A program made the translations under genes and the position numbers. Source: an uncultured Eubacteriales bacterium (GTDB lineage: Bacteria; Bacillota; Clostridia; UBA1381). From it: a DNA stretch of 64,000 nt. How positions within the stretch are numbered: position 1 is the first letter of the stretch; each line of letters begins with the position of its first letter. The notes under the pieces are model-generated. The model was not told the DNA's origin and did not search any database. It saw nothing but the letters and a program-made list of their open reading frames with translations. Positions 29,887 to 43,002 of the stretch are shown one piece after another. The stretch covers positions 38,812 through 102,811 of the forward strand of contig CAJKHT010000001.1 of NCBI GenBank assembly GCA_905199755.1. The letters are read 5' to 3'.

Positions 29887-29956
29887 TGTTTCTTTCTCCT
29901 TTCCTCGTATATCTAATACTATTACCCTCCTCCGCCGAATATGCCATATTTTTACG

Positions 29957-30004
29957 AAAAAAATGCGGAATATATCCACGCATCAACGCAAATATATTCC
30001 GCAT
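29957..30004 (-). terminator. Rho-independent terminator after the HAD gene, upstream of spoIIIAA
   Basis: On the minus strand: perfect 13-bp stem ATGCGGAATATAT / ATATATTCCGCAT, 16-nt loop, then T7. Confidence 0.7.
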
Positions 30005-30017
30005 CTCTGTTTATTTC

Positions 30018-30650
30018 TTAAAGCTCTTTCCAATCGGTTATATACATATCGGAGCATGCCTTAAGCTTATCCGTTTCATAGCTGTTTGTATCATCATATA
30101 CGGTTACCACATAAAATCCCGCTTTTTTCGCGCTCTGCGCTCCGAGAACAATATCCTCATATACCGTACATTCACAGGGCTTAACGCCTATTCTTTTTGC
30201 CGCAAGCAAATACACATCGGGATTTCCTTTATTACACCCCACCTCGCATGAAAATGCATATGCGTCTATGTAATCGATTATTCCCAGCCGCGTAAACGCC
30301 GCTTTGCACAATCCCTCATAACCCGAGGTTGCAACGGCAATTTTCACACCGTTATCATGCAGTTTTTTAAGATATTCATGCACCCCTGCTTTTAGCTGCA
30401 CCCTGTTTTTGTATTCATCAGCTATCATTTCTTTAAACTCACTCATTATCTGCTCATCGGTAACGTTCAGATTAAATTCTTTGCGTATCTGCGGCAGACT
30501 TTCTTCAAGTGTCATTTCTTTATATTCTTCCGCTTTTTCATCGGTAAGAGTCAATTCGTGCTTTTCAAAAAAACGGGCGGTTATGTTATACCATATACCC
30601 ATGGAATCGAGCAGAGTTCCGTCCACATCAAAAATTGCACCTTTCATCAT
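30018..30650 (-). CDS. HAD-superfamily hydrolase (beta-phosphoglucomutase-like subfamily IA)
   Basis: 210 aa with the MMKGAIFDVDGTLLDS motif I; the start overlaps the recD2 stop (TGATG). Confidence 0.75.
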   Translation of the reverse strand: MMKGAIFDVDGTLLDSMGIWYNITARFFEKHELTLTDEKAEEYKEMTLEESLPQIRKEFNLNVTDEQIMSEFKEMIADEYKNRVQLKAGVHEYLKKLHDNGVKIAVATSGYEGLCKAAFTRLGIIDYIDAYAFSCEVGCNKGNPDVYLLAAKRIGVKPCECTVYEDIVLGAQSAKKAGFYVVTVYDDTNSYETDKLKACSDMYITDWKEL

Positions 30651-32893
30651 CAGTCATTTTCCTCCTTGGCTAAAATTATATCTTTAAAATATGCCAGCTT
30701 TTGGTTTAAACCCGTAAACCGCTGTTCATACGAATTATTCTGCGTCATTGCCGAAATGTTTTTCTCATTCCCGACCAATATAACCATATTCCTCGCACGC
30801 GTTACCGCGGTATAAAAAAGATTTCGGCTCATAAGCATCGGTGCATAGCTGCACACGGGCATAATCACCATCGGAAATTCACTTCCCTGGCTCTTATGAA
30901 CCGTAATAGCATATGCAAGGTCAAGCTCGTCAAGATTTGTGAACGGATATTCGACGTATTTATCTTCATCAAAAATTACCGTCATACACTTGTCCTCTTC
31001 ACTTATACTGTCGATTATTCCCATGTCACCGTTATAAATTCCCATGCCGTCCTCATGGTTTTTGCGGCTGTAGCTTATGTCATAATTATTGCGTATCTGC
31101 ATAACCTTGTCCCCCACACGGAAAATCGTATTTCCGTACTCATGCTGTGCTTTATCCGTATCGGGCGGATTAATATGCATCTGTAAAAGTCTGTTGAGAT
31201 TTATTGTCCCTGCCGTTCCTTTTTTCATCGGCGAAAGCACCTGTATGTCCGAAAGCGGATTTACCCCGTAGCTTGCAGGCAGACGCTTTTTAAACAGCTC
31301 CACCACGGTTAATGCGGCGCTGTCTGGATTGTTTCGCCGCAAGAAAAAGAAATCACTGTTTCTTACGTACAGCTCCGGCAGCTCGCCGCGGTTAATTTTA
31401 TGAGCATTTACTATTATCATGCTTTCCTCTGCCTGACGGAAAATTTTATTTAAGCGTATAACGGGTATTGCTCCGCTGTCTATAACGTCACGCAGTACGT
31501 TTCCGGGGCCAACGGGCGGAAGCTGGTCGCTGTCTCCCGAAAGTATGAGTCTGGCACCGTATTTTACCGCTTTGAGAAATGATGACATAAGATTTATGTC
31601 AATCATACTCACCTCATCAAGTATAATCACATCAGCACTTAAAGGATGCTCCTCATTATGAGTAAATGAATGCGCTCCTCCCTTGCCCATCTGCGTTCCC
31701 AGCAGGCGGTGAATGGTTTTTGCTTCTCTGCCCGTAACCTGGCTCATTCTTTTTGCGGCACGTCCCGTAGGCGCTGCAAGCGCTACGGAAAGCTTTAATG
31801 ACTCAAACAGCTCTATAATGGTATTTACGGTTGTTGTTTTTCCTGTTCCGGGGCCTCCGGTAAGTACCATACACCCCGATGACAGTGCCGTCATAACTGC
31901 GCCGCGCTGCTCGTCCGCAAGAGATATTCCGTTTTTTTCTTCAAGCGCATCTATCTCCTTTTCGCACTTTTCCGGCTGCATTGTAAACTTCTGCTCATGC
32001 ACCGACATGGACGCAAGCCGCCGCGCAATATAATACTCTGCCTCATAAAATGAATACAGGTAATAAACATCGGTGTTATCCACGTTATCCAAAAACAGCT
32101 CGCGGCGTGAAATCAGCTCCGAAACAGCCCCCTCTACCTCATGCTCCTCTACCTGAAGAGTATAAGCGGCATGCTCTGTCAGCACCACTTTCGGAAGATA
32201 GGTGTGTCCCGTGGTATAAGCGGCATGCTGAAGAATATATTTTATTCCCGTGCGTATTCTTACAACACTGTTTCTCGGCAAGCCCATATTGAATGCGATA
32301 GTATCCGATACTTTAAATGATACTCCGTCAATTCTGTCGGCAAGTATATACGGATTTTCTTCAATCGCCTTAACGGCATTTGCTCCGAGCGTATTATACA
32401 CCTTTACCGCAATGTTGGCATTAACGTTATATTTTTGCAAAAACATAACAATGCTCTGCATTGACTGCAATTCACGATATGCCTCTCCGGCTTTTTTTGC
32501 TTTTTCTTTTGATATGCCCTTTATTTCGGCAATTCTTTCGGGGTCCTCCAGCAAAATCCGCAAAACCTCCGCACCGAAACGCTCAACAAGCTTTTTTGCG
32601 GTTGCTTCACGTATTCCGGGTATTACCCCCGATGAAAGATATTTCAGTACGGATTGCTCATCGGTGGGAAGCACCGTTTCATAATAGTTAACATGAAACT
32701 GCTCGCCGTAATCGGGATGTGTTGTCCAGCAGCCTGTCAGGGAAACGCTTTCCCCCTCGGAGATGTATGGCATGTACCCGGTTGCGGTAAAAAGTCCGTT
32801 GTCGATACTGTCTATATCGCACACCGTATATCCGTTATCGGGATTGTTATAAATTATTTCTTCAACCACACCGCATACGGTTAATGTTTCCAT
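30650..32893 (-). CDS. recD2: ATP-dependent RecD-like DNA helicase (RecD2/YrrC)
   Basis: 747 aa with LTGGPGTGKTT, IILDEVSMID, SGDSDQLPPVGPG, the HhH region and AITVHKSQGSEF. Confidence 0.9.
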   Translation of the reverse strand: METLTVCGVVEEIIYNNPDNGYTVCDIDSIDNGLFTATGYMPYISEGESVSLTGCWTTHPDYGEQFHVNYYETVLPTDEQSVLKYLSSGVIPGIREATAKKLVERFGAEVLRILLEDPERIAEIKGISKEKAKKAGEAYRELQSMQSIVMFLQKYNVNANIAVKVYNTLGANAVKAIEENPYILADRIDGVSFKVSDTIAFNMGLPRNSVVRIRTGIKYILQHAAYTTGHTYLPKVVLTEHAAYTLQVEEHEVEGAVSELISRRELFLDNVDNTDVYYLYSFYEAEYYIARRLASMSVHEQKFTMQPEKCEKEIDALEEKNGISLADEQRGAVMTALSSGCMVLTGGPGTGKTTTVNTIIELFESLKLSVALAAPTGRAAKRMSQVTGREAKTIHRLLGTQMGKGGAHSFTHNEEHPLSADVIILDEVSMIDINLMSSFLKAVKYGARLILSGDSDQLPPVGPGNVLRDVIDSGAIPVIRLNKIFRQAEESMIIVNAHKINRGELPELYVRNSDFFFLRRNNPDSAALTVVELFKKRLPASYGVNPLSDIQVLSPMKKGTAGTINLNRLLQMHINPPDTDKAQHEYGNTIFRVGDKVMQIRNNYDISYSRKNHEDGMGIYNGDMGIIDSISEEDKCMTVIFDEDKYVEYPFTNLDELDLAYAITVHKSQGSEFPMVIMPVCSYAPMLMSRNLFYTAVTRARNMVILVGNEKNISAMTQNNSYEQRFTGLNQKLAYFKDIILAKEEND

Positions 32894-32908
32894 AATACGT
32901 CTCCTTTG

Positions 32909-34264
32909 TTAATTTACTGTTTTTATTTTGTCGCCGTCAAGACCTTTTATTTTAGCGCCCGTTTTTTTGATATATTTTATATATTCCGTCTGTTTTTCCG
33001 TTATTTTTTCTCCGTATGATATTATAGGCGTTCCCGGCGGATACGCGCATACATATGCCGCCGAAATTTTACCGGCTGCATTTTCGAGCTTTGTCTGCGA
33101 ACATTCCGAATAAAAAGCCTTTCCGGGGGTTATCAGAGTTTCACACACCGGCGGAGGTACCGGGCAAAACGGTTTTCCCTGCGGCAGCTGCTCCGTAATA
33201 ATGCACAGAGCATCATAAAGTGTGTTAAAATCCCTTGCTGTGTTATATGCGGATACAATCAGTACAATGTTTTTCATATCCGACATTTCAACATCGATTC
33301 CGTATTTTTCGGACAGCAGCTTTTCAACTTCATATCCCGATATGTCATATGCCGAAAAATTAAGCACCAATCTTGCCAAATCGTCATTTTTCGGCAATTT
33401 AATTCTCGTATTTTCCGAAATTTGCTTTTTAAATTTATCGCAAAGAGTCAGCACGTTATTCCATTTTTCCGCTGCGTCCGATTCCGAGAGTGCAATATCC
33501 GCCGATGCCGCGATAACATATGACGGGCTTGATGTATGAAACATAAACAAGGTCTTTTTTATTCTGTCGGAATCTATAAGCTTCCCACGCACATGCAAAA
33601 ATGCCGCCCCGGTCAGCGCATTAAGCGTTTTATGCGCACTCTGACACACCGCATCGGCACCCAGTCTTACCGCACTTTCCGGCAGCCTGTCCGAAAAAGC
33701 AAAATGCGCTCCGTGCGCCTCATCAACCAGCAGCGGAATGTTTTTTTTGTGGCATATCCGCGCTGTCTCCGCAATATCCGCACAAATCCCGTAATATGTC
33801 GGAGAGGTTATCATAACGGCTTTAATATCCTCATATTTATTAATAAGTTCTTCTATGCCGATATTCTTATCGGGAATCAGAAACTCACTGTTTACGGTTT
33901 TGGGAATATATCTCATATTAAAACTGCACAACGCACATGTATTTATTACGCTCATATGGCAATCGCATGAGACAAGCAGTGTATCTCCGGGTTTAAGCAC
34001 CGCCGCAAGCATTGCCTGAATACACGCGGTTGAACCGCATGTCGAGATAAAGCTTCTTTCGCTGCCGTACAGCTGTGCAAGCAATTCACATGCTTTTCCG
34101 ACCGCACCGCCGTCATCATGCAAATCAAGAGTTGACGGCAGCTCCGTAACATCACAGTCAATAAGCGATTTTTCAAGTCCCCGACCGTTTTTATGCCCCG
34201 GCATGGCAAAGGATATTCTGTTTCTGTCAAAATTTTTTAAAAGCGAAAAAACAGGTGTACTCAA
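32909..34264 (-). CDS. Orn/Lys/Arg decarboxylase-family PLP enzyme (YaaO-like)
   Basis: 451 aa with FAMPGHKNG and SAHKTL (PLP lysine). Confidence 0.8.
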   Translation of the reverse strand: MSTPVFSLLKNFDRNRISFAMPGHKNGRGLEKSLIDCDVTELPSTLDLHDDGGAVGKACELLAQLYGSERSFISTCGSTACIQAMLAAVLKPGDTLLVSCDCHMSVINTCALCSFNMRYIPKTVNSEFLIPDKNIGIEELINKYEDIKAVMITSPTYYGICADIAETARICHKKNIPLLVDEAHGAHFAFSDRLPESAVRLGADAVCQSAHKTLNALTGAAFLHVRGKLIDSDRIKKTLFMFHTSSPSYVIAASADIALSESDAAEKWNNVLTLCDKFKKQISENTRIKLPKNDDLARLVLNFSAYDISGYEVEKLLSEKYGIDVEMSDMKNIVLIVSAYNTARDFNTLYDALCIITEQLPQGKPFCPVPPPVCETLITPGKAFYSECSQTKLENAAGKISAAYVCAYPPGTPIISYGEKITEKQTEYIKYIKKTGAKIKGLDGDKIKTVN

Positions 34265-34284
34265 AATATGCCTCCGAAAAACCG

Positions 34285-35562
34285 TTATAAATCAATTATT
34301 TTCTGCATTGCGGACATAATACCCAGCTTTGCGCTCTCATATGTCAGTCCGCCCTGCATATATACAATATAAGGCTCTCTTATGGGCGCATCTGCCGAAA
34401 GCTCGATTGATGCCCCCTGCACAAACGCTCCCGCAGCCATAATTACCTTATCATGATACCCCGGCATGTCCCACGGCTCGGGGGTTACAAAGCTGTCCAC
34501 TGGTGCTCCCTTTTGAATACCGCCGCAAAATGCAATTATTTTTTCAGGCGAGCCCAGCTTGACCGACTGTATAATATCATGCCGCGCTGCATTTGACGGA
34601 GGATCTACCTCATAACCGAGTTTTTCAAAAACAGCCGCACACAGCACTGCCGTTTTTATCGCCTGCGCCGTCACATGCGGAGCCATGAAAAAGCCCTGAT
34701 ACATATTTCTTGTCATTCCCACCGATGCACCGCATTCACGGCCTATTCCCACCGATGTGAGTCTGTATGCGCAAAGCTCCACATACTCTTTTTTTCCTGC
34801 TATATATCCGCCGGTCTGAGCCAATCCGCCGCCGGGGTTTTTTATAAGCGAGCCTGCAATAAGATCGGCACCGTATGCCGTCGGCTCTTTTGCGTCGGCA
34901 AATTCACCGTAGCAATTATCCACTATGCATATTGTATCGGGTGATATACCCTTTATAAATGAAACTATTTCGCCTATCTTTTCGGCGCTGTAGGTCGGGC
35001 GTGTACCGTAGCCCTTGGATCGCTGTATTGCCGCTGCCTTTATTTTCTTATTTGTTAATATCTCCCGTATTTTACCGTAATCCGGCTGTCCGTTTTCTAA
35101 AAGGGGTATTTCCTCGTAATTCACTCCGAAATCTTTAAGAGAGCCTCTGCCGCTTTCGCCCGATATTCCTATTGCCTCCTCCAGCGTATCATACGGCTTT
35201 CCCGTTACCGCAAGCAGTGTGTCTCCCGGTCTCAGCACTGCATACAAGGCTGTGGCGATAGTATGTGTACCGTTTACAAAGCTGTGCCGTACAAGTGCGT
35301 CCTCTGCTTCAAACACCTGCGCATAAACTTTATCGAGTGTATCTCTTCCCAAATCATCATACCCGTATCCGGTTGACGGTAAGAGGTGCGCTTCCGATAC
35401 CTTATTATCGCAAAAGGCTTTCATTACTTTCAGCTGATTTATCTGCGCATTTTCATCAATACGTTTAAACTGCTCCGATATTTCCGCTTCGGCTTCGTCC
35501 ACTACAGCAAGCACTTTATCCGAAATCCCGAAATGCTCTTTTATATATTCGTTCTTATTCAT
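34285..35562 (-). CDS. YnbB-like PLP enzyme (methionine gamma-lyase / aluminium-resistance family)
   Basis: Start re-set to MNKNEYIKEHFG (ATG 35562, GGAG RBS). Contains the SLIKNPGGG PLP-lysine region. Confidence 0.75.
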   Translation of the reverse strand: MNKNEYIKEHFGISDKVLAVVDEAEAEISEQFKRIDENAQINQLKVMKAFCDNKVSEAHLLPSTGYGYDDLGRDTLDKVYAQVFEAEDALVRHSFVNGTHTIATALYAVLRPGDTLLAVTGKPYDTLEEAIGISGESGRGSLKDFGVNYEEIPLLENGQPDYGKIREILTNKKIKAAAIQRSKGYGTRPTYSAEKIGEIVSFIKGISPDTICIVDNCYGEFADAKEPTAYGADLIAGSLIKNPGGGLAQTGGYIAGKKEYVELCAYRLTSVGIGRECGASVGMTRNMYQGFFMAPHVTAQAIKTAVLCAAVFEKLGYEVDPPSNAARHDIIQSVKLGSPEKIIAFCGGIQKGAPVDSFVTPEPWDMPGYHDKVIMAAGAFVQGASIELSADAPIREPYIVYMQGGLTYESAKLGIMSAMQKIIDL

Positions 35563-35695
35563 CGGTAATCTCCATTCTGAATTCATACTGTATAAAATTA
35601 TACCATAACATTCCGTTTCGGTCAACCTTATGACAAGGTAAAATTTACTTAGTGTAAAATATGTCAAAAAAATAAAAATATTTATTAAAAAGGGG

Positions 35696-35724
35696 TTGAC
35701 AAATTATATAGATAAGCATATAAT
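35696..35724 (+). promoter_or_regulatory. Sigma-A promoter of the P-type ATPase gene
   Basis: TTGACA (35696..35701), 17-nt spacer, TATAAT (35719..35724). Confidence 0.65.
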
Positions 35725-35728
35725 GAAC

Positions 35729-35748
35729 ATATGAACAATTATTCATAT
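35729..35748. promoter_or_regulatory. Candidate ArsR/SmtB-type metal-repressor operator just downstream of the -10 box
   Basis: ATATGAACAATTATTCATAT, a 7-6-7 inverted repeat with a TGAACA..TATTCA core. Confidence 0.45.
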
Positions 35749-35764
35749 ATAGGAGGATACGATT

Positions 35765-37813
35765 ATGAAAGAAAGTGAACTGAAAAAACATTCACATGAA
35801 GATCATGATGAATGCTGTCACAATGAACATGCCTGTTGCGGACATGATCACGAACACAAGCATCACCATGATGATTGCGGTCATGAGCATGAACATGAAC
35901 ATCACCATGACGATTGCGGCTGCGGTTACGACCACGGACACGAGCATCATCATGACGGCTGCGGCTGCGGTCACGACCACGGCGAGGAAGAACTTCCGAT
36001 ACCTCGTCTTGCCGTCGGAGTGGCGGTATTTATTGCAGCAATCATTCTTCAGCATACCGTAAATATACAAATGCTTACCGTTATTTTCTATATAGCGGCA
36101 TATGTTCTGCTCGGATATGATATTGTATTGAATGCATTGAAAAACATCGTAAAAGGTCATGTTTTTGATGAAAACCTGCTTATGTCGGTTGCCGGCATAG
36201 GAGCATTTCTCCTCGGTGACTACCCCGAAGCCGTATCGGTTATGCTGTTCTACAGAATCGGAGAAACTTTGCAGGATAAGGCTGTCGATAAAAGCCGCAA
36301 ATCAATTACAGATTTGATGGATATTCGTCCCGATTATGCGAATTTATGCAGAAACAGTGAGGTTATAACCGTATCTCCCGAGGAGGTACATAAAGGTGAT
36401 GTGATTCTTATTAAAAACGGTGAGAAATCGCCGCTTGACTGTATCGTAACAGACGGACACACATTCATGGATACCTCGGCACTGACCGGAGAGAGCGTTC
36501 CGCGTGAGATTTTTGCCGGCAGCGAAATTTTAAGCGGATTTATAAACACAGGTTCTGCAATACACGCAGAGGTTACAAAGGAATACAGTGACAGCACGGT
36601 TGCGAGAATTTTGGAAATAACGGAAAATGCACGTGATAAAAAGGCTCATTCGGAACAGTTTATTACAAAATTCTCAAGATATTATACCCCGATTGTTGTT
36701 GCGGTTGCCGCTTTGCTTATAATCATTCCGACAATCATTACGGGTGATTTCATGAAATGGATTTCACGTGCCCTGATATTCCTGGTAGTATCGTGTCCGT
36801 GTGCATTGGTAGTGTCCATACCGTTAAGCTTCTTTGCAGGCATAGGTTCAGCCTCAAAGAAAGGAATCCTTGTAAAGGGCAGCACCTATCTTGAGGCACT
36901 TTCCAAAATCAAAACCGCAGTATTCGATAAAACGGGAACTCTCACAAAGGGAATTTTTGAGGTTGATTCGGTAAAGGCTCAAAACGGCGATAACGATAAA
37001 CTGCTTGAATATGCCGCATATGCCGAATGTTACTCAAATCACCCGGTTGCGGAGGCAATCCTCAGAAGCAATAAAGCGGAAATGGACCGTTCACGCATCG
37101 GCTGCTATGATGAAATTGCCGGAATGGGTATTCATGCGGAGATTGACGGCAAATCCGTTCTTTGCGGAAACATGCGCCTTATGACGGAAAACAAAATTTA
37201 TGTGCCGCAGGAGGATGCAGAAAGCTCCGCGTCGGTTTATATTGCGGCAGACGGAAATTATGAGGGCTGCATAACCATTTCCGACAAAGAAAAAGAGGAC
37301 AGCATAAACGCGATTTCGGGACTTACCGCGAAAGGTATAAAAACCGTTATGCTTACGGGCGATACCGCCGAAAATGCCAACAAGGTTTCGGAACATCTCG
37401 GTATTACTCAGACATATTCGCAGCTTTTGCCGCAGGATAAAGCTGCGCGCATGCAGCAGATAATGAAAAACAGCAGCGGAGTTACCGCCTTTGTCGGTGA
37501 CGGCATTAACGATGCCCCCGTGCTGGCAATGGCGGATATAGGAGTTGCTATGGGCGGACTCGGCAGTGACAGCGCAATAGAAGCTGCCGATATGGTTCTT
37601 ATGACCGATGAACCGTCAAAGCTTCTGGATGCAATGAAAATATCGCACAAAACAATGCGCATAGTAAAGGAAAATATAATTTTTGCCATAGGTGTTAAGG
37701 TTATAATCATGCTGCTGGGTGCTTTGGGTATTACGGGCATGTGGCTTGCAATATTTGCCGATGTAGGTGTTTCACTGATTGCAATACTGAATGCATTAAG
37801 AATATTAAGATAA
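35765..37813 (+). CDS. Heavy-metal (Cd/Zn/Co-type) translocating P1B-type ATPase with a His/Cys-rich N-terminus
   Basis: 682 aa with CPC (VSCPCALV), DKTGT, TGD and GDGINDAP. The N-terminus carries three HEHxHHHDDCG(CG) repeats. Confidence 0.9.
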   Translation: MKESELKKHSHEDHDECCHNEHACCGHDHEHKHHHDDCGHEHEHEHHHDDCGCGYDHGHEHHHDGCGCGHDHGEEELPIPRLAVGVAVFIAAIILQHTVNIQMLTVIFYIAAYVLLGYDIVLNALKNIVKGHVFDENLLMSVAGIGAFLLGDYPEAVSVMLFYRIGETLQDKAVDKSRKSITDLMDIRPDYANLCRNSEVITVSPEEVHKGDVILIKNGEKSPLDCIVTDGHTFMDTSALTGESVPREIFAGSEILSGFINTGSAIHAEVTKEYSDSTVARILEITENARDKKAHSEQFITKFSRYYTPIVVAVAALLIIIPTIITGDFMKWISRALIFLVVSCPCALVVSIPLSFFAGIGSASKKGILVKGSTYLEALSKIKTAVFDKTGTLTKGIFEVDSVKAQNGDNDKLLEYAAYAECYSNHPVAEAILRSNKAEMDRSRIGCYDEIAGMGIHAEIDGKSVLCGNMRLMTENKIYVPQEDAESSASVYIAADGNYEGCITISDKEKEDSINAISGLTAKGIKTVMLTGDTAENANKVSEHLGITQTYSQLLPQDKAARMQQIMKNSSGVTAFVGDGINDAPVLAMADIGVAMGGLGSDSAIEAADMVLMTDEPSKLLDAMKISHKTMRIVKENIIFAIGVKVIIMLLGALGITGMWLAIFADVGVSLIAILNALRILR

Positions 37814-37815
37814 GT

Positions 37816-37854
37816 AAAACCGAGATTGCGGCATCATGCCGCAGTCCCGGTTTT
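37816..37854. terminator. Hairpin between the convergent ATPase and AraC genes
   Basis: AAAACCGAGATTGCGGCAT C ATGCCGCAGTCCCGGTTTT. Confidence 0.55.
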
Positions 37855-38659
37855 ATCTGTATAGCTTTCTGTATGCCGCAGGTGTAAATCCCGTGCTTTT
37901 TTTAAATACCATTCCGAAATAGCTGCTGCTCTGGAATCCCAGCGTTTTCCCTATTTCACTTACAGTCATGTCTTTGTTTATGCACAGATATTCCTTGGCA
38001 CGCTGAATACGTATTCCGTTTATATATTCAAAAGGACGGAGACCTGTGTACGTCTTGAATATTCTGCATAAATGCTCCTCCGACATTCCGCCTATTTTTG
38101 CAAGCTCCGATAACTCAATGGTTTCTCCGCAATTATTTTCTATATATTTCATACATTCGGATAATTTGCGGCGCAGCTTATACATCGCCGCTGCATCCTC
38201 ACCCAAAAATTCACGGCACTCAATAAGCAGAGAATACAGAAGCACACTGCTTTTATGCTGCCATTCGGGCGTGTTTTTCCAGCTTAAAATTTTCTTGAAG
38301 CGTTTTATAAAATCAAAGCTTTGCGGCAGTTCCCATACGCCTGCGGCTGTATCAAAAAATCTGCCTGCACCCCAGCCTCCGAATGAAATCCAGCAGGTAC
38401 ACCATGTATCTCCGGCAGCACGATAATCGTGCGGTACATCGGGCGGAAGAATAAAAAGAGTTCTTTCCCCGGCAGTAAATGTTTTACCGTTTATCCGCAC
38501 AATTCCCTCCCCCGTCTCCGTATAAAGCAGCTGACAGCTTTTTCTGCCGTTCGGACGGTAAATCTCCTTTTCGTATGAGGTTACACCGATTGTTTCAATA
38601 TAAAACGGCATTTCGCGTGTATGCTTTGTAACAATCGGCTCATACATGCTTGCTTTCAT
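37853..38659 (-). CDS. AraC family transcriptional regulator (cupin + HTH)
   Basis: 268 aa with a C-terminal double HTH (LSELAKIGGMSEEHLCRIFK...GFQSSSYFGMVFKKSTGFTPAAYR). Confidence 0.85.
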   Translation of the reverse strand: MKASMYEPIVTKHTREMPFYIETIGVTSYEKEIYRPNGRKSCQLLYTETGEGIVRINGKTFTAGERTLFILPPDVPHDYRAAGDTWCTCWISFGGWGAGRFFDTAAGVWELPQSFDFIKRFKKILSWKNTPEWQHKSSVLLYSLLIECREFLGEDAAAMYKLRRKLSECMKYIENNCGETIELSELAKIGGMSEEHLCRIFKTYTGLRPFEYINGIRIQRAKEYLCINKDMTVSEIGKTLGFQSSSYFGMVFKKSTGFTPAAYRKLYR

Positions 38660-38788
38660 AGTGAAAAGTCCTTTCGTAAAAAAATCAAATATATCAATAT
38701 TTTTATATTGATAATCAATATATTGTTATTGCAAAGTTATATATACACTGATATAATTATCAATATAATAATATTATCAGATTGTTGA

Positions 38789-41659
<2,871 letters not shown>

Positions 41660-41670
41660 TTTCGAGAGAA

Positions 41671-41707
41671 AACCCGTGATTGCATTAAATTGCAATCACG
41701 GGTTTTA
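41671..41707. terminator. Hairpin between the convergent GH2 and prfB genes
   Basis: AACCCGTGATTGCA-TTAAA-TTGCAATCACGGGTTTT. Confidence 0.65.
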
Positions 41708-41718
41708 CATTGTTATAT

Positions 41719-42838
41719 TTATTTTTTCAGCTGTCCCAGCTTTAATGCCTTAAGATAAGCATTTATAAATCCGTTCAGTTCACCGTCCATTACGGCTTGT
41801 ATGTTACCCATTTCATAGCCTGTACGCAAATCCTTTACCATTGTGTACGGCTGAAAAACATATGAACGTATCTGGTTTCCCCAACCGTTTTCCGTCTGAA
41901 CGCCCTGAATATCGGCAATCTTTTCTTTCTGCTGCTGCTCTGCCATTTCAATAAGCTTTGCTTTAAGCATTTTCATTGCATAATCGCGATTCTGAAACTG
42001 CGAACGCTGTGTCTGACACGATGTAACAACACCTGTCGGTATATGCGTGAGACGTACCGCCGATGAGGTTTTGTTGATATGCTGACCGCCCGCACCGCTG
42101 GAACGGAATACGTCCATTTTTATATCCTCGGGACGAATATCAATATCTATGCTGTCATCAAGCTCGGGCATAACTTCAATCGACGCAAAGGAGGTCATTC
42201 TCTTGCCTGCCGAGTTAAACGGAGAAATGCGCACAAGTCTGTGAACACCCTTTTCCGCTTTAAGATAACCGTAGGCATTCGGACCGTCGATTTCAATGGT
42301 GCAGCTCTTTATACCGGCTTCATCACCCGGCAGCGAATCAAGTACTTCGGTCTTATAACCGTTTTTCTGCGCCCACATCTGATACATGCGTATAAGCATT
42401 TCGCACCAGTCCTGCGCCTCCGTGCCGCCTGCTCCTGCATGAAATGTCATAATTACATTTGAGTTGTCATATGTGCCGCTTAAAAGCGTTTCCAATGTAA
42501 GCTTTTCGATTTTTGCATTAAGCTGTGCAACGGTTTCTTTTATATCCGAGACCATTCCGGCATCATTTTCTTCCTCCGCAAGCTCAATCATCATCAGCGT
42601 ATCCTCACGCAAAGTCTTAAGCTCCTCATATGCCGCTATTTTATCCTTAAGCTGTTTTGTTTTCTTTACTACCTTCTGTGAGTTTTCCATATCATCCCAA
42701 AACGAAGGCTCCGCAGCCTGCTTTTCAAGCTCTGCCGCTTCCTTTACCGCATTTACGATGTCAAAGTGAATCCCTCAGTTCTGTAATGTTTTTCTCCATT
42801 CCCTGGAGTTCAAGACGGTATTCATCGTACTCTAACAT
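41719..42838 (-). CDS. prfB: Peptide chain release factor 2, requires a programmed +1 frameshift
   Basis: Frame 0 gives MLEYDEYRLELQGMEKNITELRDSL, then CTT TGA C (TGA at 42763..42761). The +1 frame continues DIVNAVKEAAELEKQAAEPSFWDDMENSQK... into the 323-aa track ORF, which carries SPF and GGQHVN-type (GGQHINK) motifs. Confidence 0.9.
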
Positions 42839-43002
42839 TATTTCACATCCTGTCATAATAAAATTTAACTATAACATTATACCACTTTAGTAAAAAATAA
42901 TCAATACATAACCGATAAATTTATTGACTTTTAAATACGGCACATGTATTTCGGTCATAATTTTACAGCATGTGCATATATTTTAGCGGAGGTGTTTGTT
43001 TT

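Noticed and set aside
29887-29956. A sigma-E promoter call for spoIIIAA.
   Set aside because: GCATATT and ATATAC-like elements are present, but about 25 nt apart, whereas I recall 16-18 nt being expected. I could not support a specific -35/-10 pair.
35792-36160. Track ORFs 35792..36160 (-) and 35796..36062 (+), with M/I/V/T-rich repetitive products.
   Set aside because: They are alternative-frame and antisense readings of the CAT/CAC/GAT repeat that encodes the His-rich N-terminus of the ATPase. They have no RBS and low-complexity products.
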